A DNA stretch of 64,000 nt from Epithemia pelagica (lineage: Eukaryota > Protista > Bacillariophyta), in assembly GCA_946965045.2 (NCBI GenBank), contig OX337234.1:806001-870000 (forward strand). The letters are read 5' to 3'. Below, piece by piece: positions 36,843 to 51,100 of the stretch. Under the pieces are notes generated by a model that was given only the letters and a program-made list of their open reading frames with translations, made no database searches and was not told where the DNA came from. Position numbers and translations under genes: made by a program. Every line of letters begins with the position of its first letter. The first letter of the stretch is position 1.

Positions 36843-38246
36843 CTAGGAACGAATCGATCCACCTCGTCTTGCATAAATGGTAAAGTAACCCTCTGGAATA
36901 CCATTCTGTTGCTGCTTTGATGATCTCTTGTGGTTATCCACTCGCTTTGGAGCTTCTTCGTCGTAGAAGACAACCCGCCTGGGACTCCCGCTGGTCAACG
37001 ACCCCAAGAAAGGCTCTTCTTCAAATCGGACGAGCTCGCATGGACTAAAACAAACAGTTTCCTCAATGCCATAGAGATGTCGAATTCCCATTGATTTCAA
37101 AGTAGTGAGACTTACAACAAAGAATGGCTTGTGTTCCCAGGAGTTTTGGATGAGAAACTCTAAATCTCCATTCACGAGACGAACGCCCACGACAAGAACG
37201 GCATGGTTGGGGTTGAGAAACTGTGCGGACTGTTCCTCATGCCACGGCGCGCGAAATAGCAAATCGTCACTGTCGATAAGCTCTTGTGTGACCTTCAATC
37301 CCTCAATCATGTATGCACCGTTTGTCTGCAGTGTCTCTGAGAAAAGGTCAAAGAGCGTATGAGCTTTGCCAAGGAAAATTGGAAACTCATGGACGACCTT
37401 TTTGTCGGGATTCTGTTCCTGCAGGAGTCTTTTGGCATGAGGCTCTAAATGGCCACCGTCGCCGCGAAAGATATTGGAAAAGATCTCTTTGGGGGAGAAT
37501 CTGTTCCGCATGTACCGACACACATTGATGTGTTTGTACTTTGGCTCTTTCTCCACAACATCATCCGAGGAGCTAGTTCTTTTCTTTACTCGTTGAAGTT
37601 CGCCCAAGTAGTAAATGGCGTTCGCCACCACGACAGCGTAGCAGATCGTTGAGTCTTGTCGCTGGTATCGGAGAAAGGGTTTGACACCTTCATCAAAAAG
37701 GGTTACCTTGGTTTCGGATTTTTCGGTACCCCATTCTGGATGGCGTTGAAGAAAGTCTGCAAATTTCGAATGACCAGAATCACCAGAGTCTTCTTCGTCG
37801 CCTTTCTTCCGGACAAAGGCATCAAGTCTCTTTCCAAATGCAGACTCGGGATCCATTACAGCGTCGATGAGATTTTGGAATATACAGTTTGGGTCTTTTT
37901 GAACTAGTTCAGGCTGCTTCTTGAGCAGGAGGAACGCTGCCTTGACCTTTTGGATTCCGGTGAGTGTGCTCCATTCATGGCGACTAGCAAGAGAATTCCA
38001 TTCGACAGCTATAGCGTGAATAGGACGGTCCGATAACTTTGCTTGGGGAGGTGTACATTTGTTCTGCTGAAAGAGGTCGTGGACCGTCTTTAGTCGAGTC
38101 TTTGGAGACTGAATACTTCCCGTCGTCTCTTCTTCCTCGTCAGCCTCGGTGGACGCCGTTACACTTTGAAGATCGGGAATATCCTCAAACTTGCTCCAGT
38201 CCATACTCTCAACAGTCTCGTGATTGTTGATGGCTTCTTGACTCAT
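36843..38246 (-). CDS. Papain-fold cysteine protease, 467 aa, type B, unit 8
   Basis: Intact ORF with catalytic motifs. Confidence 0.88.
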   Translation of the reverse strand: MSQEAINNHETVESMDWSKFEDIPDLQSVTASTEADEEEETTGSIQSPKTRLKTVHDLFQQNKCTPPQAKLSDRPIHAIAVEWNSLASRHEWSTLTGIQKVKAAFLLLKKQPELVQKDPNCIFQNLIDAVMDPESAFGKRLDAFVRKKGDEEDSGDSGHSKFADFLQRHPEWGTEKSETKVTLFDEGVKPFLRYQRQDSTICYAVVVANAIYYLGELQRVKKRTSSSDDVVEKEPKYKHINVCRYMRNRFSPKEIFSNIFRGDGGHLEPHAKRLLQEQNPDKKVVHEFPIFLGKAHTLFDLFSETLQTNGAYMIEGLKVTQELIDSDDLLFRAPWHEEQSAQFLNPNHAVLVVGVRLVNGDLEFLIQNSWEHKPFFVVSLTTLKSMGIRHLYGIEETVCFSPCELVRFEEEPFLGSLTSGSPRRVVFYDEEAPKRVDNHKRSSKQQQNGIPEGYFTIYARRGGSIRS

Positions 38247-41200
38247 TGTGTAATACTTTCGGTCCTGATCAATATATGAAAAGCAAGAACTCAGACCGTG
38301 GACAAAGTTCTACCTTAGTTGTCTTCTTGTGATTTTGGGACTGTGAGAGGCGTTTCGCAGTTTCGTTTTCGATCGTGGAGGAACACATTGCGCTGCGGGA
38401 TTAGACTCTCGGAATCGAACGACGTGCAGGCGCGTTTACGCTCCCCCTTTTGTTGTTGTGAGCCACACAAAACGGCGATCGATTTCCTAGTAAAGGTAGA
38501 TCCATGGAACGCTAGGCGGACCTGACTGGAATTTTCAAAGCAATAAAAGGTATACTGTAGCGGTCCATTCCTTTGCTGTTTTTATGTTGTTTCCTGTTCT
38601 TCTTCTTCTTCTTGTGATTGTTTGCATTGGGCCAGATGCTCTTGCAACTTCACGAGGCAATTGGCGGCCTGGAGATAGGATTGCAAACACGCACGAGCCT
38701 CTTGTTGCGCCCGATGCAATTCCTTGGGTGGCAAAGCTCCCGCCAACAATTCCAAAGGATCCATCAAGCCATTGGGAGAAAAAGAGGAAGCCAATGACGA
38801 CGACGACGACACGGGTGGTTGAGACTCGGACTTGGCGGGTTCTTCCTCTGTTTCAGTCACAACCAACATTATTCCAGGAGTGGTTGTAGTCTTGTGGTCC
38901 GTTGTGCCCTTGTTTCGTCGTCGTTGTCGCAATCCTGTTTGTTCGGTGGGAGCATGGATTCGTCGGCTTGGTTCGCTTCTTCTACTGCTTCTTCACGATG
39001 CAAGTCGGGAATGTCACCATCCGTTTTCGTTTGTTTCGTGGTTCGTTCCGCCTTGGTTACTGTGATTGTGGTTGTTTGAGTGGTGGTCGTTGGTCCAGAT
39101 CAAGGAGACATGAGTCGTGGTGGTGCCTGGTGCGTCTTGTTGTGTATTATTCTTGTTGTGATCTGTAGTCGCACATGGAGGCGAGTGGACTTTCCCATCG
39201 TACATTGGAAGCGGTGCAGTAGGATTCCATGGCCAATAGTGCAGTAGCTGTAACCGAGAAAGACAGCACAGGTGTCGTTGATCTCCAAAGTTTTTTTCCC
39301 AATGAGCGTCTGTAGCCGACGGAAGTTTGAGTGTGGTGATGGCTTATCGACTTGTGCACCCCAAAATACCGTCTTGAAATTCCGGTAATGTTGAGCAGAA
39401 AGATGTCAAGCCTGCGACAACACCCACAGTCAACAAGCGATTTGACAGGCGTCAAAACACATGAGACAACCGCATCTCCAATGTCGTATAAGACATCCGG
39501 GCAAAATAATGCGTCTGGTCATGATCGCCTGTGTTTTGACCCTCAAAGCCAACCCGAAATGCCCAGGTATCAAAAGCACTCGGTATCTTTAAATCATGGT
39601 TGAAAGCCTTTTTTCTCTTGAACTTCCTGTGGCCTTGTCGCTCGGGTAGGTGCCAGCTACAGTTAGGACGACAACAGCATGCGGAGAGCTGCAAATGTCC
39701 AATACGGTTAGCGTGGAGGCCTCAGAACCATTCTGTGCACACAAAATAGATGGCCTCCCGTTTCAAAATAGTGAAAACCGTCACCTAGAACGATTCTAAT
39801 ATCACAATTCGAAAATCAGCAACACAACCGATTGGAATACCGCCTTCGTAGACTTGGCCAAACGCGTAGGGGAGCAAACAAGAGGAGCAAAGCTGCCAAA
39901 CATTTTGTGGACCCTGATCGTTGCCCTCATCGCTGGATAGATGCTTTGAGCAGATCGTGCATCTTTATTTCGGCACTCTGCTGCTTCTGTCGTTGTCGCT
40001 TGCATATTCCATGACTGAATGGGCTTGATGCATGCTCTCACTCTTTCAGGTGCAACGACCAAAAGGTCTTTGCTGTTCAACGTCAGTCCGTCGTCTCGGC
40101 TTTAGTAATCCAACTGTAACTGTGGGCAATGAGATATTCTTGATTGGAGCAAGGACAATGATCAACAGCAAACGTCGGTCACGCAGTGATCATAACGATA
40201 GCCCAGGTGCGTTGAAGAAAGATAGTCGGTTTGGAAAGTATTACAAAATGAAGTCTGTTGGTCTATACCTGAAGGAGCCCTTCGCAATGTCATGACTCGA
40301 GACAGTGTAGACCTTGATTGGGAGAAGAACTATGAAGACCACATATCGAAGCCCGCATGTGATTCCATGGATGGTCCTGCCTAAAAGATAACGAACGATT
40401 CTCAAAGTTAATCTGTAGGTTTACCGGACGGTGCCGCAATTAACGCAATGACAAGGGAAGATGTTGACCCGAGGGCTCTGGAATTAGACTGGGACAAGAA
40501 ATATGAAGCAAAACACTGGAAGAGGAAATCTGTTGGCTTACCCGACGGATGTTGTGATATGAGAGAGCTTGGATTTAGAACGTCAATTCTAGGCGACAGC
40601 GTTGGAGAAAAAGACCAGTGTGCTACAATATTTGGTCAAGTTGGGATGAAAAACGATGAAGAGCTCCTCAAGTTCAGGAAAGATCTAGAGCATGCGAAAA
40701 AAACCCAAGTCTGTACTCATGGCAGCGATTTCATCGAAGGCTGAGACACAATAAGATGCTTCAAACAACGGAAAGCCGGATTGATGGCTGCAAAAGCATC
40801 TAAAGGGCAACCCAAAGATGTCAAGCCCTCCGATGGGGAAAATCCGGATTGATGGCAGCGATTGCTGCAAAAAGGTCCCAAAACGACAATGACTCTAACG
40901 ACTAAGGAGGGAGATCTGGATTGATGGTGGCCATTGCCGTCTTGGTGCCGAAGAATGACACCGCAGATGCTAACAATGATGGAGCAGGATTGGTTGGCTG
41001 CAAATGCCGCCAGAGCGCCATATCATGAGAGCACCAAGAATGACAAAGCGGGATTGATGGCCGCGATTTCCAACAAGGCACCGAAAAATACCAGTAACTC
41101 GAATAACAGAGGAGGAAGAGCTGCCTTAGTGGCCACCAAGGGGCCGAAGAATGAAATGTTCCAGTCTTAGTTAACCAACTACTTGGAGAAACTCGTGTTG

Positions 41201-41782
41201 TAACTCCATCGTTTTGTTCAAAGATAGAGCCACTTGCTATTCACACTATTGTTAGAACTTGACGCAGTAGGCAGTTCCAGTCAAACTGTGATAGTGGACA
41301 GCTACTACCGGCAACAAGAATAGCAACAAGTCGGTCACCATTCGGTCCAACTATAGTGACCTGGGTATGCGTGATTTGCCGATGCTCATGGCGGACACTC
41401 AATCGGCACGTCGTCCACTACGGGGTTGGGCGTCACATTCACCAAGGAAGCAGGGTCAGGAGAAGCCTGGATTGAAGCCGGACCCCCGAATCGAGGTGCC
41501 AGTTCTTCGAGATCGACCCTTCCTTGGCCAAGCTAGGATTCAATCAAGCTACCTAGGTAGTATCCATGCCCAGATAGGGGGGATTGAGGTCTTTTGATTC
41601 CTTCATTACAATCGATTTCAGTGTTTTGAGTACATAGGCCAATTTTATTACCGAAATAGTGGGAACTTGATCTAACGACCCGGATACGTCGAACCAATTT
41701 ATCATTTTGCGTTCCAACGGCCACTACATGTAGAGAACTGCAATCTGCATTCTTGCCCTCAGTAGAGAAGCTGCTGCTACTA

Positions 41783-43186
41783 CTAGGAACGAATCGATCC
41801 ACCTCGTCTTGCATAAATGGTAAAGTAACCCTCTGGAATACCATTCTGTTGCTGCTTTGATGATCTCTTGTGGTTATCCACTCGCTTTGGAGCTTCTTCG
41901 TCGTAGAAGACAACCCGCCTGGGACTCCCGCTGGTCAACGACCCCAAGAAAGGCTCTTCTTCAAATCGGACGAGCTCGCATGGACTAAAACAAACAGTTT
42001 CCTCAATGCCATAGAGATGTCGAATTCCCATTGATTTCAAAGTAGTGAGACTTACAACAAAGAATGGCTTGTGTTCCCAGGAGTTTTGGATGAGAAACTC
42101 TAAATCTCCATTCACGAGACGAACGCCCACGACAAGAACGGCATGGTTGGGGTTGAGAAACTGTGCGGACTGTTCCTCATGCCACGGCGCGCGAAATAGC
42201 AAATCGTCACTGTCGATAAGCTCTTGTGTGACCTTCAATCCCTCAATCATGTATGCACCGTTTGTCTGCAGTGTCTCTGAGAAAAGGTCAAAGAGCGTAT
42301 GAGCTTTGCCAAGGAAAATTGGAAACTCATGGACGACCTTTTTGTCGGGATTCTGTTCCTGCAGGAGTCTTTTGGCATGAGGCTCTAAATGGCCACCGTC
42401 GCCGCGAAAGATATTGGAAAAGATCTCTTTGGGGGAGAATCTGTTCCGCATGTACCGACACACATTGATGTGTTTGTACTTTGGCTCTTTCTCCACAACA
42501 TCATCCGAGGAGCTAGTTCTTTTCTTTACTCGTTGAAGTTCGCCCAAGTAGTAAATGGCGTTCGCCACCACGACAGCGTAGCAGATCGTTGAGTCTTGTC
42601 GCTGGTATCGGAGAAAGGGTTTGACACCTTCATCAAAAAGGGTTACCTTGGTTTCGGATTTTTCGGTACCCCATTCTGGATGGCGTTGAAGAAAGTCTGC
42701 AAATTTCGAATGACCAGAATCACCAGAGTCTTCTTCGTCGCCTTTCTTCCGGACAAAGGCATCAAGTCTCTTTCCAAATGCAGACTCGGGATCCATTACA
42801 GCGTCGATGAGATTTTGGAATATACAGTTTGGGTCTTTTTGAACTAGTTCAGGCTGCTTCTTGAGCAGGAGGAACGCTGCCTTGACCTTTTGGATTCCGG
42901 TGAGTGTGCTCCATTCATGGCGACTAGCAAGAGAATTCCATTCGACAGCTATAGCGTGAATAGGACGGTCCGATAACTTTGCTTGGGGAGGTGTACATTT
43001 GTTCTGCTGAAAGAGGTCGTGGACCGTCTTTAGTCGAGTCTTTGGAGACTGAATACTTCCCGTCGTCTCTTCTTCCTCGTCAGCCTCGGTGGACGCCGTT
43101 ACACTTTGAAGATCGGGAATATCCTCAAACTTGCTCCAGTCCATACTCTCAACAGTCTCGTGATTGTTGATGGCTTCTTGACTCAT
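41783..43186 (-). CDS. Papain-fold cysteine protease, 467 aa, type B, unit 9
   Basis: Intact ORF with catalytic motifs. Confidence 0.88.
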   Translation of the reverse strand: MSQEAINNHETVESMDWSKFEDIPDLQSVTASTEADEEEETTGSIQSPKTRLKTVHDLFQQNKCTPPQAKLSDRPIHAIAVEWNSLASRHEWSTLTGIQKVKAAFLLLKKQPELVQKDPNCIFQNLIDAVMDPESAFGKRLDAFVRKKGDEEDSGDSGHSKFADFLQRHPEWGTEKSETKVTLFDEGVKPFLRYQRQDSTICYAVVVANAIYYLGELQRVKKRTSSSDDVVEKEPKYKHINVCRYMRNRFSPKEIFSNIFRGDGGHLEPHAKRLLQEQNPDKKVVHEFPIFLGKAHTLFDLFSETLQTNGAYMIEGLKVTQELIDSDDLLFRAPWHEEQSAQFLNPNHAVLVVGVRLVNGDLEFLIQNSWEHKPFFVVSLTTLKSMGIRHLYGIEETVCFSPCELVRFEEEPFLGSLTSGSPRRVVFYDEEAPKRVDNHKRSSKQQQNGIPEGYFTIYARRGGSIRS

Positions 43187-46100
43187 TGTGTAATACTTTC
43201 GGTCCTGATCAATATATGAAAAGCAAGAACTCAGACCGTGGACAAAGTTCTACCTTAGTTGTCTTCTTGTGATTTTGGGACTGTGAGAGGCGTTTCGCAG
43301 TTTCGTTTTCGATCGTGGAGGAACACATTGCGCTGCGGGATTAGACTCTCGGAATCGAACGACGTGCAGGCGCGTTTACGCTCCCCCTTTTGTTGTTGTG
43401 AGCCACACAAAACGGCGATCGATTTCCTAGTAAAGGTAGATCCATGGAACGCTAGGCGGACCTGACTGGAATTTTCAAAGCAATAAAAGGTATACTGTAG
43501 CGGTCCATTCCTTTGCTGTTTTTATGTTGTTTCCTGTTCTTCTTCTTCTTCTTGTGATTGTTTGCATTGGGCCAGATGCTCTTGCAACTTCACGAGGCAA
43601 TTGGCGGCCTGGAGATAGGATTGCAAACACGCACGAGCCTCTTGTTGCGCCCGATGCAATTCCTTGGGTGGCAAAGCTCCCGCCAACAATTCCAAAGGAT
43701 CCATCAAGCCATTGGGAGAAAAAGAGGAAGCCAATGACGACGACGACGACACGGGTGGTTGAGACTCGGACTTGGCGGGTTCTTCCTCTGTTTCAGTCAC
43801 AACCAACATTATTCCAGGAGTGGTTGTAGTCTTGTGGTCCGTTGTGCCCTTGTTTCGTCGTCGTTGTCGCAATCCTGTTTGTTCGGTGGGAGCATGGATT
43901 CGTCGGCTTGGTTCGCTTCTTCTACTGCTTCTTCACGATGCAAGTCGGGAATGTCACCATCCGTTTTCGTTTGTTTCGTGGTTCGTTCCGCCTTGGTTAC
44001 TGTGATTGTGGTTGTTTGAGTGGTGGTCGTTGGTCCAGATCAAGGAGACATGAGTCGTGGTGGTGCCTGGTGCGTCTTGTTGTGTATTATTCTTGTTGTG
44101 ATCTGTAGTCGCACATGGAGGCGAGTGGACTTTCCCATCGTACATTGGAAGCGGTGCAGTAGGATTCCATGGCCAATAGTGCAGTAGCTGTAACCGAGAA
44201 AGACGGCACAGGTGTCGTTGATCTCCAAAGTTTTTTTCCCAATGAGCGTCTGTAGCCGACGGAAGTTTGAGTGTGGTGATGGCTTATCGACTTGTGCACC
44301 CCAAAATACCGTCTTGAAATTCCGGTAATGTTGAGCAGAAAGATGTCAAGCCTGCGACAACACCCACAGTCAACAAGCGATTTGACAGGCGTCAAAACAC
44401 ATGAGACAACCGCATCTCCAATGTCGTATAAGACATCCGGGCAAAATAATGCGTCTGGTCATGATCGCCTGTGTTTTGACCCTCAAAGCCAACCCGAAAT
44501 GCCCAGGTATCAAAAGCACTCGGTATCTTTAAATCATGGTTGAAAGCCTTTTTTCTCTTGAACTTCCTGTGGCCTTGTCGCTCGGGTAGGTGCCAGCTAC
44601 AGTTAGGACGACAACAGCATGCGGAGAGCTGCAAATGTCCAATACGGTTAGCGTGGAGGCCTCAGAACCATTCTGTGCACACAAAATAGATGGCCTCCCG
44701 TTTCAAAATAGTGAAAACCGTCACCTAGAACGATTCTAATATCACAATTCGAAAATCAGCAACACAACCGATTGGAATACCGCCTTCGTAGACTTGGCCA
44801 AACGCGTAGGGGAGCAAACAAGAGGAGCAAAGCTGCCAAACATTTTGTGGACCCTGATCGTTGCCCTCATCGCTGGATAGATGCTTTGAGCAGATCGTGC
44901 ATCTTTATTTCGGCACTCTGCTGCTTCTGTCGTTGTCGCTTGCATATTCCATGACTGAATGGGCTTGATGCATGCTCTCACTCTTTCAGGTGCAACGACC
45001 AAAAGGTCTTTGCTGTTCAACGTCAGTCCGTCGTCTCGGCTTTAGTAATCCAACTGTAACTGTGGGCAATGAGATATTCTTGATTGGAGCAAGGACAATG
45101 ATCAACAGCAAACGTCGGTCACGCAGTGATCATAACGATAGCCCAGGTGCGTTGAAGAAAGATAGTCGGTTTGGAAAGTATTACAAAATGAAGTCTGTTG
45201 GTCTATACCTGAAGGAGCCCTTCGCAATGTCATGACTCGAGACAGTGTAGACCTTGATTGGGAGAAGAACTATGAAGACCACATATCGAAGCCCGCATGT
45301 GATTCCATGGATGGTCCTGCCTAAAAGATAACGAACGATTCTCAAAGTTAATCTGTAGGTTTACCGGACGGTGCCGCAATTAACGCAATGACAAGGGAAG
45401 ATGTTGACCCGAGGGCTCTGGAATTAGACTGGGACAAGAAATATGAAGCAAAACACTGGAAGAGGAAATCTGTTGGCTTACCCGACGGATGTTGTGATAT
45501 GAGAGAGCTTGGATTTAGAACGTCAATTCTAGGCGACAGCGTTGGAGAAAAAGACCAGTGTGCTACAATATTTGGTCAAGTTGGGATGAAAAACGATGAA
45601 GAGCTCCTCAAGTTCAGGAAAGATCTAGAGCATGCGAAAAAAACCCAAGTCTGTACTCATGGCAGCGATTTCATCGAAGGCTGAGACACAATAAGATGCT
45701 TCAAACAACGGAAAGCCGGATTGATGGCTGCAAAAGCATCTAAAGGGCAACCCAAAGATGTCAAGCCCTCCGATGGGGAAAATCCGGATTGATGGCAGCG
45801 ATTGCTGCAAAAAGGTCCCAAAACGACAATGACTCTAACGACTAAGGAGGGAGATCTGGATTGATGGTGGCCATTGCCGTCTTGGTGCCGAAGAATGACA
45901 CCGCAGATGCTAACAATGATGGAGCAGGATTGGTTGGCTGCAAATGCCGCCAGAGCGCCATATCATGAGAGCACCAAGAATGACAAAGCGGGATTGATGG
46001 CCGCGATTTCCAACAAGGCACCGAAAAATACCAGTAACTCGAATGACAGAGGAGGAAGAGCTGCCTTAGTGGCCACCAAGGGGCCGAAGAATGAAATGTT

Positions 46101-46722
46101 CCAGTCTTAGTTAACCAACTACTTGGAGAAACTCGTGTTGTAACTCCATCGTTTTGTTCAAAGATAGAGCCACTTGCTATTCACACTATTGTTAGAACTT
46201 GACGCAGTAGGCAGTTCCAGTCAAACTGTGATAGTGGACAGCTACTACCGGCAACAAGAATAGCAACAAGTCGGTCACCATTCGGTCCAACTATAGTGAC
46301 CTGGGTATGCGTGATTTGCCGATGCTCATGGCGGACACTCAATCGGCACGTCGTCCACTACGGGGTTGGGCGTCACATTCACCAAGGAAGCAGGGTCAGG
46401 AGAAGCCTGGATTGAAGCCGGACCCCCGAATCGAGGTGCCAGTTCTTCGAGATCGACCCTTCCTTGGCCAAGCTAGGATTCAATCAAGCTACCTAGGTAG
46501 TATCCATGCCCAGATAGGGGGGATTGAGGTCTTTTGATTCCTTCATTACAATCGATTTCAGTGTTTTGAGTACATAGGCCAATTTTATTACCGAAATAGT
46601 GGGAACTTGATCTAACGACCCGGATACGTCGAACCAATTTATCATTTTGCGTTCCAACGGCCACTACATGTAGAGAACTGCAATCTGCATTCTTGCCCTC
46701 AGTAGAGAAGCTGCTGCTACTA

Positions 46723-48126
46723 CTAGGAACGAATCGATCCACCTCGTCTTGCATAAATGGTAAAGTAACCCTCTGGAATACCATTCTGTTGCTGCTTTGA
46801 TGATCTCTTGTGGTTATCCACTCGCTTTGGAGCTTCTTCGTCGTAGAAGACAACCCGCCTGGGACTCCCGCTGGTCAACGACCCCAAGAAAGGCTCTTCT
46901 TCAAATCGGACGAGCTCGCATGGACTAAAACAAACAGTTTCCTCAATGCCATAGAGATGTCGAATTCCCATTGATTTCAAAGTAGTGAGACTTACAACAA
47001 AGAATGGCTTGTGTTCCCAGGAGTTTTGGATGAGAAACTCTAAATCTCCATTCACGAGACGAACGCCCACGACAAGAACGGCATGGTTGGGGTTGAGAAA
47101 CTGTGCGGACTGTTCCTCATGCCACGGCGCGCGAAATAGCAAATCGTCACTGTCGATAAGCTCTTGTGTGACCTTCAATCCCTCAATCATGTATGCACCG
47201 TTTGTCTGCAGTGTCTCTGAGAAAAGGTCAAAGAGCGTATGAGCTTTGCCAAGGAAAATTGGAAACTCATGGACGACCTTTTTGTCGGGATTCTGTTCCT
47301 GCAGGAGTCTTTTGGCATGAGGCTCTAAATGGCCACCGTCGCCGCGAAAGATATTGGAAAAGATCTCTTTGGGGGAGAATCTGTTCCGCATGTACCGACA
47401 CACATTGATGTGTTTGTACTTTGGCTCTTTCTCCACAACATCATCCGAGGAGCTAGTTCTTTTCTTTACTCGTTGAAGTTCGCCCAAGTAGTAAATGGCG
47501 TTCGCCACCACGACAGCGTAGCAGATCGTTGAGTCTTGTCGCTGGTATCGGAGAAAGGGTTTGACACCTTCATCAAAAAGGGTTACCTTGGTTTCGGATT
47601 TTTCGGTACCCCATTCTGGATGGCGTTGAAGAAAGTCTGCAAATTTCGAATGACCAGAATCACCAGAGTCTTCTTCGTCGCCTTTCTTCCGGACAAAGGC
47701 ATCAAGTCTCTTTCCAAATGCAGACTCGGGATCCATTACAGCGTCGATGAGATTTTGGAATATACAGTTTGGGTCTTTTTGAACTAGTTCAGGCTGCTTC
47801 TTGAGCAGGAGGAACGCTGCCTTGACCTTTTGGATTCCGGTGAGTGTGCTCCATTCATGGCGACTAGCAAGAGAATTCCATTCGACAGCTATAGCGTGAA
47901 TAGGACGGTCCGATAACTTTGCTTGGGGAGGTGTACATTTGTTCTGCTGAAAGAGGTCGTGGACCGTCTTTAGTCGAGTCTTTGGAGACTGAATACTTCC
48001 CGTCGTCTCTTCTTCCTCGTCAGCCTCGGTGGACGCCGTTACACTTTGAAGATCGGGAATATCCTCAAACTTGCTCCAGTCCATACTCTCAACAGTCTCG
48101 TGATTGTTGATGGCTTCTTGACTCAT
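46723..48126 (-). CDS. Papain-fold cysteine protease, 467 aa, type B, unit 10
   Basis: Intact ORF with catalytic motifs. Confidence 0.88.
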   Translation of the reverse strand: MSQEAINNHETVESMDWSKFEDIPDLQSVTASTEADEEEETTGSIQSPKTRLKTVHDLFQQNKCTPPQAKLSDRPIHAIAVEWNSLASRHEWSTLTGIQKVKAAFLLLKKQPELVQKDPNCIFQNLIDAVMDPESAFGKRLDAFVRKKGDEEDSGDSGHSKFADFLQRHPEWGTEKSETKVTLFDEGVKPFLRYQRQDSTICYAVVVANAIYYLGELQRVKKRTSSSDDVVEKEPKYKHINVCRYMRNRFSPKEIFSNIFRGDGGHLEPHAKRLLQEQNPDKKVVHEFPIFLGKAHTLFDLFSETLQTNGAYMIEGLKVTQELIDSDDLLFRAPWHEEQSAQFLNPNHAVLVVGVRLVNGDLEFLIQNSWEHKPFFVVSLTTLKSMGIRHLYGIEETVCFSPCELVRFEEEPFLGSLTSGSPRRVVFYDEEAPKRVDNHKRSSKQQQNGIPEGYFTIYARRGGSIRS

Positions 48127-51100
48127 TGTGTAATACTTTCGGTCCTGATCAATATATGAAAAGCAAGAACTCAGACCGTGGACAAAGTTCTACCTTAGTT
48201 GTCTTCTTGTGATTTTGGGACTGTGAGAGGCGTTTCGCAGTTTCGTTTTCGATCGTGGAGGAACACATTGCGCTGCGGGATTAGACTCTCGGAATCGAAC
48301 GACGTGCAGGCGCGTTTACGCTCCCCCTTTTGTTGTTGTGAGCCACACAAAACGGCGATCGATTTCCTAGTAAAGGTAGATCCATGGAACGCTAGGCGGA
48401 CCTGACTGGAATTTTCAAAGCAATAAAAGGTATACTGTAGCGGTCCATTCCTTTGCTGTTTTTATGTTGTTTCCTGTTCTTCTTCTTCTTCTTGTGATTG
48501 TTTGCATTGGGCCAGATGCTCTTGCAACTTCACGAGGCAATTGGCGGCCTGGAGATAGGATTGCAAACACGCACGAGCCTCTTGTTGCGCCCGATGCAAT
48601 TCCTTGGGTGGCAAAGCTCCCGCCAACAATTCCAAAGGATCCATCAAGCCATTGGGAGAAAAAGAGGAAGCCAATGACGACGACGACGACACGGGTGGTT
48701 GAGACTCGGACTTGGCGGGTTCTTCCTCTGTTTCAGTCACAACCAACATTATTCCAGGAGTGGTTGTAGTCTTGTGGTCCGTTGTGCCCTTGTTTCGTCG
48801 TCGTTGTCGCAATCCTGTTTGTTCGGTGGGAGCATGGATTCGTCGGCTTGGTTCGCTTCTTCTACTGCTTCTTCACGATGCAAGTCGGGAATGTCACCAT
48901 CCGTTTTCGTTTGTTTCGTGGTTCGTTCCGCCTTGGTTACTGTGATTGTGGTTGTTTGAGTGGTGGTCGTTGGTCCAGATCAAGGAGACATGAGTCGTGG
49001 TGGTGCCTGGTGCGTCTTGTTGTGTATTATTCTTGTTGTGATCTGTAGTCGCACATGGAGGCGAGTGGACTTTCCCATCGTACATTGGAAGCGGTGCAGT
49101 AGGATTCCATGGCCAATAGTGCAGTAGCTGTAACCGAGAAAGACAGCACAGGTGTCGTTGATCTCCAAAGTTTTTTTCCCAATGAGCGTCTGTAGCCGAC
49201 GGAAGTTTGAGTGTGGTGATGGCTTATCGACTTGTGCACCCCAAAATACCGTCTTGAAATTCCGGTAATGTTGAGCAGAAAGATGTCAAGCCTGCGACAA
49301 CACCCACAGTCAACAAGCGATTTGACAGGCGTCAAAACACATGAGACAACCGCATCTCCAATGTCGTATAAGACATCCGGGCAAAATAATGCGTCTGGTC
49401 ATGATCGCCTGTGTTTTGACCCTCAAAGCCAACCCGAAATGCCCAGGTATCAAAAGCACTCGGTATCTTTAAATCATGGTTGAAAGCCTTTTTTCTCTTG
49501 AACTTCCTGTGGCCTTGTCGCTCGGGTAGGTGCCAGCTACAGTTAGGACGACAACAGCATGCGGAGAGCTGCAAATGTCCAATACGGTTAGCGTGGAGGC
49601 CTCAGAACCATTCTGTGCACACAAAATAGATGGCCTCCCGTTTCAAAATAGTGAAAACCGTCACCTAGAACGATTCTAATATCACAATTCGAAAATCAGC
49701 AACACAACCGATTGGAATACCGCCTTCGTAGACTTGGCCAAACGCGTAGGGGAGCAAACAAGAGGAGCAAAGCTGCCAAACATTTTGTGGACCCTGATCG
49801 TTGCCCTCATCGCTGGATAGATGCTTTGAGCAGATCGTGCATCTTTATTTCGGCACTCTGCTGCTTCTGTCGTTGTCGCTTGCATATTCCATGACTGAAT
49901 GGGCTTGATGCATGCTCTCACTCTTTCAGGTGCAACGACCAAAAGGTCTTTGCTGTTCAACGTCAGTCCGTCGTCTCGGCTTTAGTAATCCAACTGTAAC
50001 TGTGGGCAATGAGATATTCTTGATTGGAGCAAGGACAATGATCAACAGCAAACGTCGGTCACGCAGTGATCATAACGATAGCCCAGGTGCGTTGAAGAAA
50101 GATAGTCGGTTTGGAAAGTATTACAAAATGAAGTCTGTTGGTCTATACCTGAAGGAGCCCTTCGCAATGTCATGACTCGAGACAGTGTAGACCTTGATTG
50201 GGAGAAGAACTATGAAGACCACATATCGAAGCCCGCATGTGATTCCATGGATGGTCCTGCCTAAAAGATAACGAACGATTCTCAAAGTTAATCTGTAGGT
50301 TTACCGGACGGTGCCGCAATTAACGCAATGACAAGGGAAGATGTTGACCCGAGGGCTCTGGAATTAGACTGGGACAAGAAATATGAAGCAAAACACTGGA
50401 AGAGGAAATCTGTTGGCTTACCCGACGGATGTTGTGATATGAGAGAGCTTGGATTTAGAACGTCAATTCTAGGCGACAGCGTTGGAGAAAAAGACCAGTG
50501 TGCTACAATATTTGGTCAAGTTGGGATGAAAAACGATGAAGAGCTCCTCAAGTTCAGGAAAGATCTAGAGCATGCGAAAAAAACCCAAGTCTGTACTCAT
50601 GGCAGCGATTTCATCGAAGGCTGAGACACAATAAGATGCTTCAAACAACGGAAAGCCGGATTGATGGCTGCAAAAGCATCTAAAGGGCAACCCAAAGATG
50701 TCAAGCCCTCCGATGGGGAAAATCCGGATTGATGGCAGCGATTGCTGCAAAAAGGTCCCAAAACGACAATGACTCTAACGACTAAGGAGGGAGATCTGGA
50801 TTGATGGTGGCCATTGCCGTCTTGGTGCCGAAGAATGACACCGCAGATGCTAACAATGATGGAGCAGGATTGGTTGGCTGCAAATGCCGCCAGAGCGCCA
50901 TATCATGAGAGCACCAAGAATGACAAAGCGGGATTGATGGCCGCGATTTCCAACAAGGCACCGAAAAATACCAGTAACTCGAATAACAGAGGAGGAAGAG
51001 CTGCCTTAGTGGCCACCAAGGGGCCGAAGAATGAAATGTTCCAGTCTTAGTTAACCAACTACTTGGAGAAACTCGTGTTGTAACTCCATCGTTTTGTTCA